Below, piece after piece: positions 24,749-34,015 of a stretch of DNA of 38,755 nt. Position numbers and translations under genes: made by a program. Source of the stretch: a virus. Lineage: Duplodnaviria > Caudoviricetes. The stretch is taken from the IMG/VR virus record IMGVR_UViG_3300032232_000294, positions 1 through 38,755 of that record, one strand, 5' to 3'. The notes below the pieces were generated by a model. The model saw nothing but the letters and a program-made list of their open reading frames with translations, was not told where the DNA came from and did not search any database. Each line of letters starts with the position of its first letter. Position 1 is the first letter of the stretch.

Positions 24749-25912
24749 CATTTCAGTTGTGACCATGACGCGGCCCACAGCGCCGTACTCTTTGTGGTAC
24801 GTGATGGCCCAAGCCGCACGGTCTGCAATCCAACCGCCGCGTGCAGCGTAGGCATCCCTAGCGGCAAGTGTAGGGTGTTGCACAACTGTCACACCATTAT
24901 ATTCTTTCTCGTCACGGTGATGGCGGTGGCCGCAGTGTATTTCTCTGCGTGTCGTGCGGCCCCACTCTCGCGGGAACTGCGCGGCGAACAGTAGCGGCAG
25001 TGATTCGTTTTTGACCTTGTGGCCGTGGTGAACGCCTATCATGGTGGCGCCCCACTCAAACACGTAGAACGGCAGGACGCTGTCGTTGACAGTGACGCGT
25101 GGGTCTTCTTCGTAATGCACTGCGAACAAGTCAGCCAACCAGCCGCTGCTCTCTTCGTCGTGATTGCCTTCGGCTATAATCAGATAGACTTCCTGATGGC
25201 GCTGCAAACAGACCGCCATCAGTGAGCGGATGATCCGTATGGCTGCCCGGCGTATCTTGGGGAAGCGGCTGTCTGCGTCCAGAACGTGTCTGGACACCGG
25301 CGTCACAGGCATCTTGCCGTCAGTGTGCAAGAAGTCACCTTGGATGTTGAGTACTGCTGTGTGTGCATTAGGGCTTTGATTGACCATCTGTACCAGCGCA
25401 GCAAGGATAGTCTTTTCTGCTATGGCTATGGACCAATCAGCGCCGCCTTCCTGATGCCATGCCAGCATACCGAGGTGGTAGTCAGTGAATGTATACAGGT
25501 TACATAGATGGTCTTGGCAAGCCGCTGGCGCGACGACAATATCCGCTGGCTGTATCTGGTCCTTGAAGCCAGCGACTGTCTCACGCATGGCGTCAACGAG
25601 CGCCTCATGCGTCAGCGATGCTTTGACCCACTGGCCTGACGGTTTGCCTTCGGAATTGTAGTAGGTTGACACGCCCTTGGTGACGTAGCCCTGCGGCACT
25701 GGCCGGGTGAAGTCGTTCTCTGGTGCGTAGCCCTGCAACGCCGCCTTCTTCTTGACGGCTACGTAAGCATCGCTTGCGGCGCCTATGTTGACACCCATTG
25801 CAATCGACGCGGCCCTAGCGCCGCCGTGTAATTCGATAGCCTCAAGCATCTCACGCTGGCGGGGCGTACAATAGTTGTACAAGTTTGGGTCTATGGATAT
25901 GGATGACGCCAT
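24719..25912 (-). CDS. Calcineurin-like metallophosphoesterase with N-terminal HTH
   Basis: DYH, GDFLH, GNHD, HHGH, GHRH motifs. Confidence 0.85.
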   Translation of the reverse strand: MASSISIDPNLYNYCTPRQREMLEAIELHGGARAASIAMGVNIGAASDAYVAVKKKAALQGYAPENDFTRPVPQGYVTKGVSTYYNSEGKPSGQWVKASLTHEALVDAMRETVAGFKDQIQPADIVVAPAACQDHLCNLYTFTDYHLGMLAWHQEGGADWSIAIAEKTILAALVQMVNQSPNAHTAVLNIQGDFLHTDGKMPVTPVSRHVLDADSRFPKIRRAAIRIIRSLMAVCLQRHQEVYLIIAEGNHDEESSGWLADLFAVHYEEDPRVTVNDSVLPFYVFEWGATMIGVHHGHKVKNESLPLLFAAQFPREWGRTTRREIHCGHRHHRDEKEYNGVTVVQHPTLAARDAYAARGGWIADRAAWAITYHKEYGAVGRVMVTTEMLGAPSHEAA

Positions 25913-26146
25913 TTACTTGCCTTTCGGGCAATCAGCCTCACAGATACAAATAAAGGCGCTGTTATGCGCCTCTATTTCTCTGACAGTTTCTGATGTGTCT
26001 TGCGTCGCGTCGTAACTTATAGGCTTTGCAATAGCGCAATAACTATTTACGGGAACGGTCGAAACGGTCGCGCAGCCGTTCGTCACGCTCAGGATCAGGG
26101 GCGCTAATAGCAGCAGCGCCAAGTTCGATTTGCCGATTGATCTCAT
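25913..26146 (-). CDS. Lipoprotein, putative o-spanin
   Basis: Signal peptide with lipobox-like TNG-C; overlaps the upstream gene in another frame. Confidence 0.6.
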   Translation of the reverse strand: MRSIGKSNLALLLLAPLILSVTNGCATVSTVPVNSYCAIAKPISYDATQDTSETVREIEAHNSAFICICEADCPKGK

Positions 26147-26258
26147 CGTTCGCTTCCTTGATAGCCATCTGACGTCCTTGCTGCCGCAACTTGTTCTCAC
26201 TCCACGACGCCCAAAGGCGGTCGAGCAGCGACAGCAAAGACGAAAGTAGCTTTATCAT
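26043..26258 (-). CDS. Putative i-spanin
   Basis: Hydrophobic/amphipathic N-terminus plus coiled coil; in the lysis cassette. Confidence 0.5.
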   Translation of the reverse strand: MIKLLSSLLSLLDRLWASWSENKLRQQGRQMAIKEANDEINRQIELGAAAISAPDPERDERLRDRFDRSRK

Positions 26259-26443
26259 TACTCAGCGGATTGTGCTGGGGACTCAACCAAAAACATAGCT
26301 GCGACGCCTGCAAGGCCAGCAATAGCGGTAGCAATGGCTGACCATTCTTCACTGGACAAGCCAAAGGCTAAGGCAATGCCAGCAAAGCCAGCGTAGGTGC
26401 TAGGCTCTTTAAGACGGCTAACTAAAAAAGATACGAGTTTCAT
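26258..26443 (-). CDS. Holin
   Basis: RLKEPSTYAG motif, two TM segments, AAGGAG RBS. Confidence 0.75.
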   Translation of the reverse strand: MKLVSFLVSRLKEPSTYAGFAGIALAFGLSSEEWSAIATAIAGLAGVAAMFLVESPAQSAE

Positions 26444-26444
26444 G

Positions 26445-26837
26445 TTATTTCTCCTTTGGATAAAACGCCCAAGGCAGTTCCCAATGCGGGCCGTCCTTGA
26501 ACGCACGCCAATCTCCGCCCCATTGAAGCGGGACTTTCTCATCCGCCGCAGCGGCTTTAATTATTTTAGCTAACTTGTGATACAGCGGCCAGTCCCAACG
26601 CACTTCGCCCGCAATCATTGGCGCCAGATCGACAGCGTGTCCAGTGATGTGACGTGAGTTCATTGTCTTGGATGCTCCTTGACTAACTAACTGCTTCTGT
26701 CGTTCGACGCTACGTAGACCTTCTAATACAGTAAAGTCAAGGTCTGATAGCGCAGCCGCCTTTTTGACGATGCGAACCAGATCAGGGTGGACGCCTTCAA
26801 GACGCGCCAATGACCGTGCGCCTAGAATGATAGTCAT
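26445..26837 (-). CDS. Endolysin, peptidase M15 (L-Ala-D-Glu type)
   Basis: EGLRS..RQ, SRH.TG.AVD, WGGDW..DGPHWEL. Confidence 0.93.
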   Translation of the reverse strand: MTIILGARSLARLEGVHPDLVRIVKKAAALSDLDFTVLEGLRSVERQKQLVSQGASKTMNSRHITGHAVDLAPMIAGEVRWDWPLYHKLAKIIKAAAADEKVPLQWGGDWRAFKDGPHWELPWAFYPKEK

Positions 26838-27016
26838 GTAAAGCCTTTCACTATTATGCTTATCAATATGCCAATCAGCAGCATGATGATTGTACCAGCC
26901 GCTTTCATACCAATGCTTTCCAGACGCTTCAGCCGCTCGCAGATACTCTCGTACCTGAACGCGCAGACTTGTTCGTGCGTGTCGAGTTGCGCTTGAGTTT
27001 GGTCAACAGTGTTCAT
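26834..27016 (-). CDS. Small coiled-coil + C-terminal TM protein (holin/XhlA-like)
   Basis: HEQVCA.RY...RLKRLE followed by a TM segment. Confidence 0.6.
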   Translation of the reverse strand: MNTVDQTQAQLDTHEQVCAFRYESICERLKRLESIGMKAAGTIIMLLIGILISIIVKGFT

Positions 27017-27028
27017 CGTCAGCGCCTT

Positions 27029-29272
27029 TTACTGGTTAAAGTATTGGTTTAGAATTTGTGCAATGGTGTTGCGCGACGAGGGGCTTAACTGACGTTGCAC
27101 TTGTTCAGACATACGCACGGCTGTCGGGAATTGGTTCATGGCCGCACCCATGTTGGACCCACTCTCAAATGCTTTTGCCAATTCTTTCTGCACCTTGGGC
27201 GACAAGATAGCGCGCTGTACTTGGTTTGCGCCCTGCGCGCCATACGCCGCTTGGGGTGATACGACGCTTGCCATACCGCGCACGCCGCGCGACAAGTAGC
27301 TAGGTTGTTGTCGGGTTAAAAGGTTTCCGCCAGCCGTCGCGCCGCGCCCTTCCAATTCAGCCATACGGTTAAGAGATTGCAATTCATCCGCCGTCATCTT
27401 CATGGCGTTATAACGGCGCGGATCGGCAAGAGCCATGCCCGCAATATCAAACTGGCCTGTACCCATGATGTCTTCGACAATCTTTGGGCGCTCACCGCCC
27501 ATAAGCGCAATCATTTCGTCAGGGCTTTCTTTAGTTAGCCGCGCGCCTTCGCCCGCCAACTTTTGACGGTTGACTGTTTCAAAGCCTTGGCGGGTACGGG
27601 TAAGATAATCTTTCCAACCCACACCGCCGGCGCTTTCGATAGCATTGTCAATCATTTCACGGGCGCTGGTCAACAGTGACGCAGTGCGCTCCTTAGTGCC
27701 CGACCCCGGTTGTTGCCCACTAAGCAGCGTATCTACAATGTCGTTCAAACCGGTCTTGCGAATTTGGTACAAGTCGCGCGCGTCAATGACACCGTTAGCG
27801 TCAGCCAAACCTTGTAAGTCATCAGCTAAAGTTACAAGCGCCCTTTTCTGAAGTTTATCTGCGCGTGTGGCAGGCTGCGCTGCCATACTGCGAAGCTGTT
27901 GCACGATAGGCCCGACCGTCAACGGCTGCATACCTTCCGCAGCCAAGTCAGCTACAACATCCTCCATGTCGCGTGCAGTATCCCGCAGTTTAATTTGCGC
28001 TGCGATAGCATCGTCAGCGCGCTGCCCAGCACCTTCAGCTATTTCACCAGTGCGATTAATTGGTCCGCCCTGCGTAAAAAATTCTGGGTTCTGAAACGCC
28101 GTGTCTATTTGTTCGCGCGAACGGCCTTCCAGCCCCCGCATACGAGGTACAACACCAGATGCAGTAATCTCGTCTGCACGCTGGCGCGCAGCGTTTGCCA
28201 ATGCTTCGGCAGCGGGTACGGTTTCGCCCGCAATGTTAGCGCGGGCAAGTGCCGCGTCGCGGGCAGGACCAGTAGCTGTACTGACCTCACGGCGGCCAGT
28301 TTCGGCGGCGGCTCTTCGTGCAGTTGCGTCCTCGCCGCCTGAAATAGCCGCCATGCGAGCGTTGCGCGCTTCTTCTTGCGCGGCCAATGTAAGAGCGCGT
28401 GTGTCAGGGTCAATTTGTTCAGCTACAATCTTACCCAAGCCGAAGAACTTGCTAGGCTCTATTTTAGCGGCAAGAAGAACTTGCTGCGCTAAACGCTGAT
28501 CGTCAGGCGACAGACTTGCAAACGCTGCTTTGGCAGCCTCTACGTCTTTACCTAATGCATCACGAATAATTTGTCCCGCCTTAACCGCGGGCATACGCGT
28601 AAGGTCAATGGCCCTGCCGCCAAGCTGCTTTAGTACAGAACCCACAACAGGTAGCCCTGCGCCAAACATTGCGCCTTCAGATACATCTTGTCCTGTCAAT
28701 GCCGCGGTAGCTGCGCCCGCCGTACCGCCGCCAGCGGTCCGCAAAGCAACGCGACCTAAACGTGTGGGCGCTTGCACGCCAATGCCGCCAGAAGAAGCGG
28801 CGCGCGCGACATTTGCCAAAGCGTTGCCGGCTACAGGTATGTTTTGTAGCAATGGCGCAGCCAATTTAGCACCGCGCGAAACTGCTGCGCCCGGCCCTAT
28901 TGATTGCCCAAGGGCGCGCGCAAGCGGGCGTTCTTGAGTTACCAAAGCATTTGATAGCGCGTTAACTGCGCGTTGACGCTGCCCCTGCGCTTGTTGTACT
29001 GCTTCCTTACCAAAAATCAGTCTTGATATAGGGTCTGTAATCATGGCGGCGGCGTTGTACGCGCCTTCAGGAATACCAATCAAAGTTTCATTGATGGTGT
29101 CTAGTACAGTATCGACCGCGCCGATGCCGGACCCCTTAGTGCGCGCGGCAGCCTTGCCTGACTCTGGAAACTGAGCCAGAATTTTAGCCTTGACTTGTGC
29201 GTTGGTCGCGCCGGCGGGGCCAACAATGCGGTAGGTGCGACCGTTAGGCGCTCTCATTTCATACGTTGGCAT
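27029..29272 (-). CDS. Internal virion / DNA ejection protein (P22 gp16 position)
   Basis: 747 aa, Ala/Gly-rich with a GGAxG stretch; MPTY..APNGRTY.I.GP.GA start. Confidence 0.7.
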   Translation of the reverse strand: MPTYEMRAPNGRTYRIVGPAGATNAQVKAKILAQFPESGKAAARTKGSGIGAVDTVLDTINETLIGIPEGAYNAAAMITDPISRLIFGKEAVQQAQGQRQRAVNALSNALVTQERPLARALGQSIGPGAAVSRGAKLAAPLLQNIPVAGNALANVARAASSGGIGVQAPTRLGRVALRTAGGGTAGAATAALTGQDVSEGAMFGAGLPVVGSVLKQLGGRAIDLTRMPAVKAGQIIRDALGKDVEAAKAAFASLSPDDQRLAQQVLLAAKIEPSKFFGLGKIVAEQIDPDTRALTLAAQEEARNARMAAISGGEDATARRAAAETGRREVSTATGPARDAALARANIAGETVPAAEALANAARQRADEITASGVVPRMRGLEGRSREQIDTAFQNPEFFTQGGPINRTGEIAEGAGQRADDAIAAQIKLRDTARDMEDVVADLAAEGMQPLTVGPIVQQLRSMAAQPATRADKLQKRALVTLADDLQGLADANGVIDARDLYQIRKTGLNDIVDTLLSGQQPGSGTKERTASLLTSAREMIDNAIESAGGVGWKDYLTRTRQGFETVNRQKLAGEGARLTKESPDEMIALMGGERPKIVEDIMGTGQFDIAGMALADPRRYNAMKMTADELQSLNRMAELEGRGATAGGNLLTRQQPSYLSRGVRGMASVVSPQAAYGAQGANQVQRAILSPKVQKELAKAFESGSNMGAAMNQFPTAVRMSEQVQRQLSPSSRNTIAQILNQYFNQ

Positions 29273-30906
29273 TAGTTACCTACCTGTTTAGCAGTGCCCC
29301 AACCGTCGCTAGATTTAGTCGGCGTGCTTCGTTTGGCCGCGCTGCCGCCGAAGTCAATCTTGGCTACGGTTGCTTTAAGATTTTTTAACTCGCGGTCTAT
29401 CTCAGGCGTCCACATGACGCCAGCAGCAGCCTTGGAGTTTTCAATAAAGCGAATAGCGCGATCCAACTTTGCTTTGCGCGACTTCGGTGTGTCTTGGTAT
29501 GTGGGAACATAGGTGTTTTTATAGTTGGCTTCCTGCGTCTTCGACGTACCCGCACCCGTGTTGATAAACGTAACGCCGTCCAGCAACGCCAAAAGTGCGC
29601 CTTCAAACCGTTGACGTGGACCGCTCTGGGCAAACTTGCGGGCTTCGTCGCCGTAAAACGGAATTAGTGATGCTGCGTATTCGGTTCCGCTGGGGGCCGC
29701 GGCGGCGGATGACTCAAGCAGCGCAGCGGTCGCCTCTTTCATTGAGTCCGTCATGTTCTGAGAAACTGTCCCAAACCGGCGCTCACCTTCGGTCGAGGGC
29801 TTGGCTTTAGCCCCTGATCCTTTAATTACAGCTACTGGGGCGCCAGCCGTCCCGCGACCGCCGCTTGTGTTGCCTGTCTCAAACTCACGCATGGCCTTAG
29901 CTATCGCAGGAACTTGCGCTGCCGTTAGTGGTGCGTTAATGTCAACGCCAGCTTTCTGTGCAACGTACTTCTTGTAGTTGCTGACAGATGCGGCGCTGTT
30001 TTCTGGCCCTTGCGGCGCATAACGATCAATAATCTTGTTGACCGTGTTAAAGCCTTTGTTGATGTAGCTGCCGCGCAGCAAGTTTTCTTGTGCGGCAATA
30101 CCGGCTTGCGGCGTATTAAAAGTAGCAAAGCCGCCGCTTGCGCCAGTGTAACCGGCTTGCGATTTAGCAAACGCGCCATCCTTGAGCGCGCCGGGGTTGG
30201 TCTGCAACGCGGCAGCAACGCCGCCCTTACCGGGCGCGCCTGCGGATGGCGCTGGCGTAGCAAACCCACCGCCGCTTTTGCTGGGCATAGGATAAATGCT
30301 GCCATCGTCGCCCTTGACGTAAGTCATACCTTCAGCCACGCCAATGCGTGAGCCGGGGACTTCGGTCGCCATGCCGCGGCCATACTTAGGCATGGAGATT
30401 TCGCGCTGTTCCGTTCCTGTGGTCTGCGTTTTATATTCGTTTTCTAACTGGTCTTTGGCGTTCATAGTCCGCATAAGCGAATCTTGACGCCAAGCCTCAA
30501 ACTGACCGGGGTCTTGCGGTATAGATGATATTGTTGCGTCTATAGATTGCTGAAGTTCTGGCTCAGGAAACATTTGTTTTATGCGGTCGCCAAGCGCCGT
30601 TGCTTGCCGCGCGTCACGGGAGTTAGCAAGGGCTATTTCGGATGTTTCAAGAAAGTCCTTGATGTACTTTACTTTAGCAGCGCCGGCTTCAGAAGACGCT
30701 TTAGTTACCGCAAAAGGCTGCAACTCTACCGCGCGCGCTTCTTGCGCTTGGTTAATATCCATCGTCTGTTGCGCCAAGGACGCTTGACGCTGCGCCGCTT
30801 CCTGTTGCTTCGCCATGTTCATCATGTTGACGAACTTTGCAGTTTGAGCCGTAGGATCGGGTATATTTGCGCCGCGCGACTGAAGGGCTATCATTTGATT
30901 TGGCAT
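29272..30906 (-). CDS. Ejection protein with lysozyme-like domain (gp20 position)
   Basis: NPG.L..FATF.TP.AG..A...L...Y...TV..II.RYAP..EN motif. Confidence 0.7.
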   Translation of the reverse strand: MPNQMIALQSRGANIPDPTAQTAKFVNMMNMAKQQEAAQRQASLAQQTMDINQAQEARAVELQPFAVTKASSEAGAAKVKYIKDFLETSEIALANSRDARQATALGDRIKQMFPEPELQQSIDATISSIPQDPGQFEAWRQDSLMRTMNAKDQLENEYKTQTTGTEQREISMPKYGRGMATEVPGSRIGVAEGMTYVKGDDGSIYPMPSKSGGGFATPAPSAGAPGKGGVAAALQTNPGALKDGAFAKSQAGYTGASGGFATFNTPQAGIAAQENLLRGSYINKGFNTVNKIIDRYAPQGPENSAASVSNYKKYVAQKAGVDINAPLTAAQVPAIAKAMREFETGNTSGGRGTAGAPVAVIKGSGAKAKPSTEGERRFGTVSQNMTDSMKEATAALLESSAAAAPSGTEYAASLIPFYGDEARKFAQSGPRQRFEGALLALLDGVTFINTGAGTSKTQEANYKNTYVPTYQDTPKSRKAKLDRAIRFIENSKAAAGVMWTPEIDRELKNLKATVAKIDFGGSAAKRSTPTKSSDGWGTAKQVGN

Positions 30907-30918
30907 GGTTTTACGCCT

Positions 30919-31761
30919 TTACGCTTGTGCTATATAGGAGCCGCGAGGCACCAAAGGGTCTTGCCCAAAAAGAGGCTTAAACTGGCCGCCGCCTGCGCTA
31001 CCGACGTTAGTAGCGCTGCTGTTGAGGCTACCCGCCGGCGCGCGGTTGTAGTAATTCATTACGGCGTTGTTCATTGGGTAGTTAGATGCAATAGAGCCGA
31101 CTTGACCCAAGGCGTTTGACAACGCGTTAGCAGAGCCGATGTAGCCAGATGCGCGGGCTTGACCAGCGTTGTACGCGTTAGCCATTTGGTTCTGGCCTGC
31201 TTGCCCCACGTTGCCGGTCATCACGTTCGTGGCGGACTGCCCTGCGCCCATCAAAGATTGCAGCGGGTTCAGCTTGGCTGACCGCTCAACCTGATAGCGG
31301 TTAAATGCGTTCTGGTATTCTTGGCTAGCTAAGTCTTGGCTGAAACGCGTTATGCCTTTCATGGTAGCACCAGACAGCAGATTGCCGCGTGCTGCTGCCG
31401 ACCGCTCTAGGGCTTTTAGACTTTCCGATTGGCGAAACTGAGCGCCGGGGTCTTGCTGAAATTTGTCGCCGCCGTAAAGTTCATCAAAAGACTTAGCAAG
31501 ACTGCCGTAACCGGGGGCGTTCTTGTCGCCGCCGATACCCAGATACTGCATAATCTCGTTCTGCGCCGTCATGCCGGCTTGACGGAACGGCTCTTGCAAA
31601 CCTATCTGACGCTCAAGCATACGCTCATTGGATTTATCAGCATTTTTTGATGCCTCGACTTGCGCCCTAGATGCTTTCTTAGACGCGCTGCTGGCCATAA
31701 GACCGCTGCCGATTGATGCCGCGGCGCCTACGCCGGCTGCTACCATTGCACCTAAACCCAT
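30919..31761 (-). CDS. DNA transfer / pilot protein (P22 gp7-like)
   Basis: Hydrophobic Gly/Ala N-terminus; DPG.QFR..SAAARG.L.SG..A.QEY. Confidence 0.8.
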   Translation of the reverse strand: MGLGAMVAAGVGAAASIGSGLMASSASKKASRAQVEASKNADKSNERMLERQIGLQEPFRQAGMTAQNEIMQYLGIGGDKNAPGYGSLAKSFDELYGGDKFQQDPGAQFRQSESLKALERSAAARGNLLSGATMKGITRFSQDLASQEYQNAFNRYQVERSAKLNPLQSLMGAGQSATNVMTGNVGQAGQNQMANAYNAGQARASGYIGSANALSNALGQVGSIASNYPMNNAVMNYYNRAPAGSLNSSATNVGSAGGGQFKPLFGQDPLVPRGSYIAQA

Positions 31762-31762
31762 T

Positions 31763-32830
31763 TTACGCTTCCTTCAGTTGCAGACGGTATGAAATACCGT
31801 GATCTTGCGCGCCTAGACGCTTATATAGCATAGAAATACGGGGACCAGAACCCCTTTTCCCTGCCTCAAAAAAGACTTCGTCAACACCTTTATTTTTTAA
31901 TTCTTTAATTGCTTCGCGTTGCAGCTTTAATCCCAAGCCGGGGAACTCTGGCGACGCAAAGAATGTGGTATTCGTGGCTGTTAAAATGTCTGGCGATACC
32001 AACGACGGCGATATGATTGTCATCAGATAACCAAACATCCTGCCGTTGCACCGCGCGGTCATTATCTGCATGGCGCCAAGGTTATCTAACCCGCGCATCA
32101 GCGGCAAGTTTTTATTCTGCCAGTTGCCCGGTGTTTCGCCGACACCCACAAGATGCTCATCGAACAGCTTGTCGGCGTCTTGCACCCAAGCGTCAAAGTC
32201 TTCTGTCTGGAAAGTGATACCTTCAGGCGGCTCATTAACTTCTGGCTCAAACGCTGCTATCGTTTCATGCTTGGCAATAGACGCCAGTTTGTCCATCGCA
32301 GGGGCGTAGGCGGCGTAGTGACGCATCAAGGCAGGCATATTAATCTGAATGTTGACAGGGGCCAGACGCGCGTAGTGGTCAAGGTCATGCGGCTGTTGCA
32401 GGCAATGCTCGAACACAGCGGCGCAAGTGTCTTCTTCGTTCAGGCTGTCAAACGACACTGACAAGACGTTGGGTAGCCGCGCCTCGATCTGGTCTAGGCT
32501 GCGGTCCAGCTTCAACAGTATCGCGTCAAGTTTGTCGCGGTCAAACTGCGTGCCGGGTATGTTCATCAGACTTTCGGCAACTTCATCGCGGGGGCGGCGC
32601 ACAACCAGAACACGGGCGTTAGGCGCGAACCGCTCTAGCAGTCTCCACCAAGGCGCGCCGGCTGTCTCCGCAGTGCCAATGTTGGGCTGCGAAAACCATG
32701 CCTGCACATCGTCAAGGCTACGCATGTGCCGTAACTCTTCGTGGCCGCACATCCATTCACCATAAGTCAGAAAGCGGGACAGCCAAGCTGACCGCGATCT
32801 TGGTAATGAAAATACGACGAAGGGCTGCAT
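31763..32830 (-). CDS. Sulfotransferase-like P-loop domain fused to a GNAT-like domain
   Basis: SLPRSRSAWL (5'-PSB-like), VVRRPRDEVAESL (3'-PB-like); C-terminal FFASPEFPGLGLKL...LYKRLG. Confidence 0.65.
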   Translation of the reverse strand: MQPFVVFSLPRSRSAWLSRFLTYGEWMCGHEELRHMRSLDDVQAWFSQPNIGTAETAGAPWWRLLERFAPNARVLVVRRPRDEVAESLMNIPGTQFDRDKLDAILLKLDRSLDQIEARLPNVLSVSFDSLNEEDTCAAVFEHCLQQPHDLDHYARLAPVNIQINMPALMRHYAAYAPAMDKLASIAKHETIAAFEPEVNEPPEGITFQTEDFDAWVQDADKLFDEHLVGVGETPGNWQNKNLPLMRGLDNLGAMQIMTARCNGRMFGYLMTIISPSLVSPDILTATNTTFFASPEFPGLGLKLQREAIKELKNKGVDEVFFEAGKRGSGPRISMLYKRLGAQDHGISYRLQLKEA

Positions 32831-33165
32831 TAGCTGACTAGCCGACCTGACGCACGGATGTTGATGGACGTAGCCGTGCCAGCGATGGTGCTGATAAAGC
32901 CATTGTTAGGTAGCACATGACCGACCAGTTCAGGAAACGTATATGTCTCCGATGGCTGGAGCGTTTTGGCTTTGACGATCAAGTTGCTGTCGCCAGCACT
33001 GCCCGCAGCCGTAATCAGGTTGACACTGATTGTTGCAGCGGTTGCGCTGTAGTTAGTCGCGGTAAACTTGTCGATGATCGTCTGCACGCCATTCGACGTG
33101 TACTGCGTTGTCTGCGCGGCTTCCGCTGTCTTAGCGGGGATGATGTTACTGATAGATACGGCCAT
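32830..33165 (-). CDS. Small virion structural protein
   Basis: 111 aa beta-rich protein in the tail module. Confidence 0.65.
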   Translation of the reverse strand: MAVSISNIIPAKTAEAAQTTQYTSNGVQTIIDKFTATNYSATAATISVNLITAAGSAGDSNLIVKAKTLQPSETYTFPELVGHVLPNNGFISTIAGTATSINIRASGRLVS

Positions 33166-33166
33166 A

Positions 33167-34015
33167 TTATGTCTCCAAAGAACTTATGTTGTCAGTCACC
33201 GTTAAGATTATTGACGGAACGGAAGGATGTACGGCAGACGCCGGATCAGCCAATAAAATAACAGATGTATCATCAACTTCCCACATTAATTCGATGTAGT
33301 CGCCAGCGTTTAACTGAAGAATATAATTCCATGCAGCCAAAATTTCAGCGTTATTACCTTGTATGCGGATTTGACCGGCGCTGTCGGGCACGTTGACGCC
33401 GTTCTTGCGTAGCCACACCCACACCAAGGCAACGCCGCCAGCCGTTTTGTCTACCTGTGCCGAAAATTGCACGTTGTAGACATTGGGTCTATCTACATAA
33501 ATGCGCGATGTTGGCGCGCCGCGGGTGACGCCTACCGACAAATCAACAGTGTTAAACGTGATAGCGTAGGCTGTGTTGATCGCCGCCGCTGTCTGCGTTG
33601 TTGTATCGTAAAACGAACCGTAGCGAGGTGCGCGGGATTGCTTGGGCGGCGGGGCCAGTGCTAAGGCTTGCAGTTGCGATTGGATGACCGCGATGTCGCT
33701 TTCCGACGCAGCGGGCGGTGTGCTGGCGGTAGCTTGTGCAAGGCTGTTTACCTTAGCGTCTACGTCAACGGCGGCGGTGTAGCCGTCAGGGGCGCTTTCG
33801 GTAGCCTGTGCTAGTTCCGCCAGCATGGCGTCATAGGATGCTATCAGCGATTCTGTGTCTGTTGACAACGTAACTTGTTCTTGGGTTTCCTGCGTAGCGT
33901 TCCGTAGCGACAAAAAGAACCTATACCACTCACGACTAATTGCGCCCGACCGTTCGTCGATAAAGGCAACGCGGGGCGGCGTAATCTGGGTGGGGTTAAG
34001 CGGAGCCAGTGCCAT
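33167..34015 (-). CDS. Tail protein (coiled coil + C1q/TNF-like C-terminal domain)
   Basis: ISREWYRFF N-terminus; GVYN-like YNVQFSAQ..WLRKNG..L.AGDYIEL. Confidence 0.65.
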   Translation of the reverse strand: MALAPLNPTQITPPRVAFIDERSGAISREWYRFFLSLRNATQETQEQVTLSTDTESLIASYDAMLAELAQATESAPDGYTAAVDVDAKVNSLAQATASTPPAASESDIAVIQSQLQALALAPPPKQSRAPRYGSFYDTTTQTAAAINTAYAITFNTVDLSVGVTRGAPTSRIYVDRPNVYNVQFSAQVDKTAGGVALVWVWLRKNGVNVPDSAGQIRIQGNNAEILAAWNYILQLNAGDYIELMWEVDDTSVILLADPASAVHPSVPSIILTVTDNISSLET

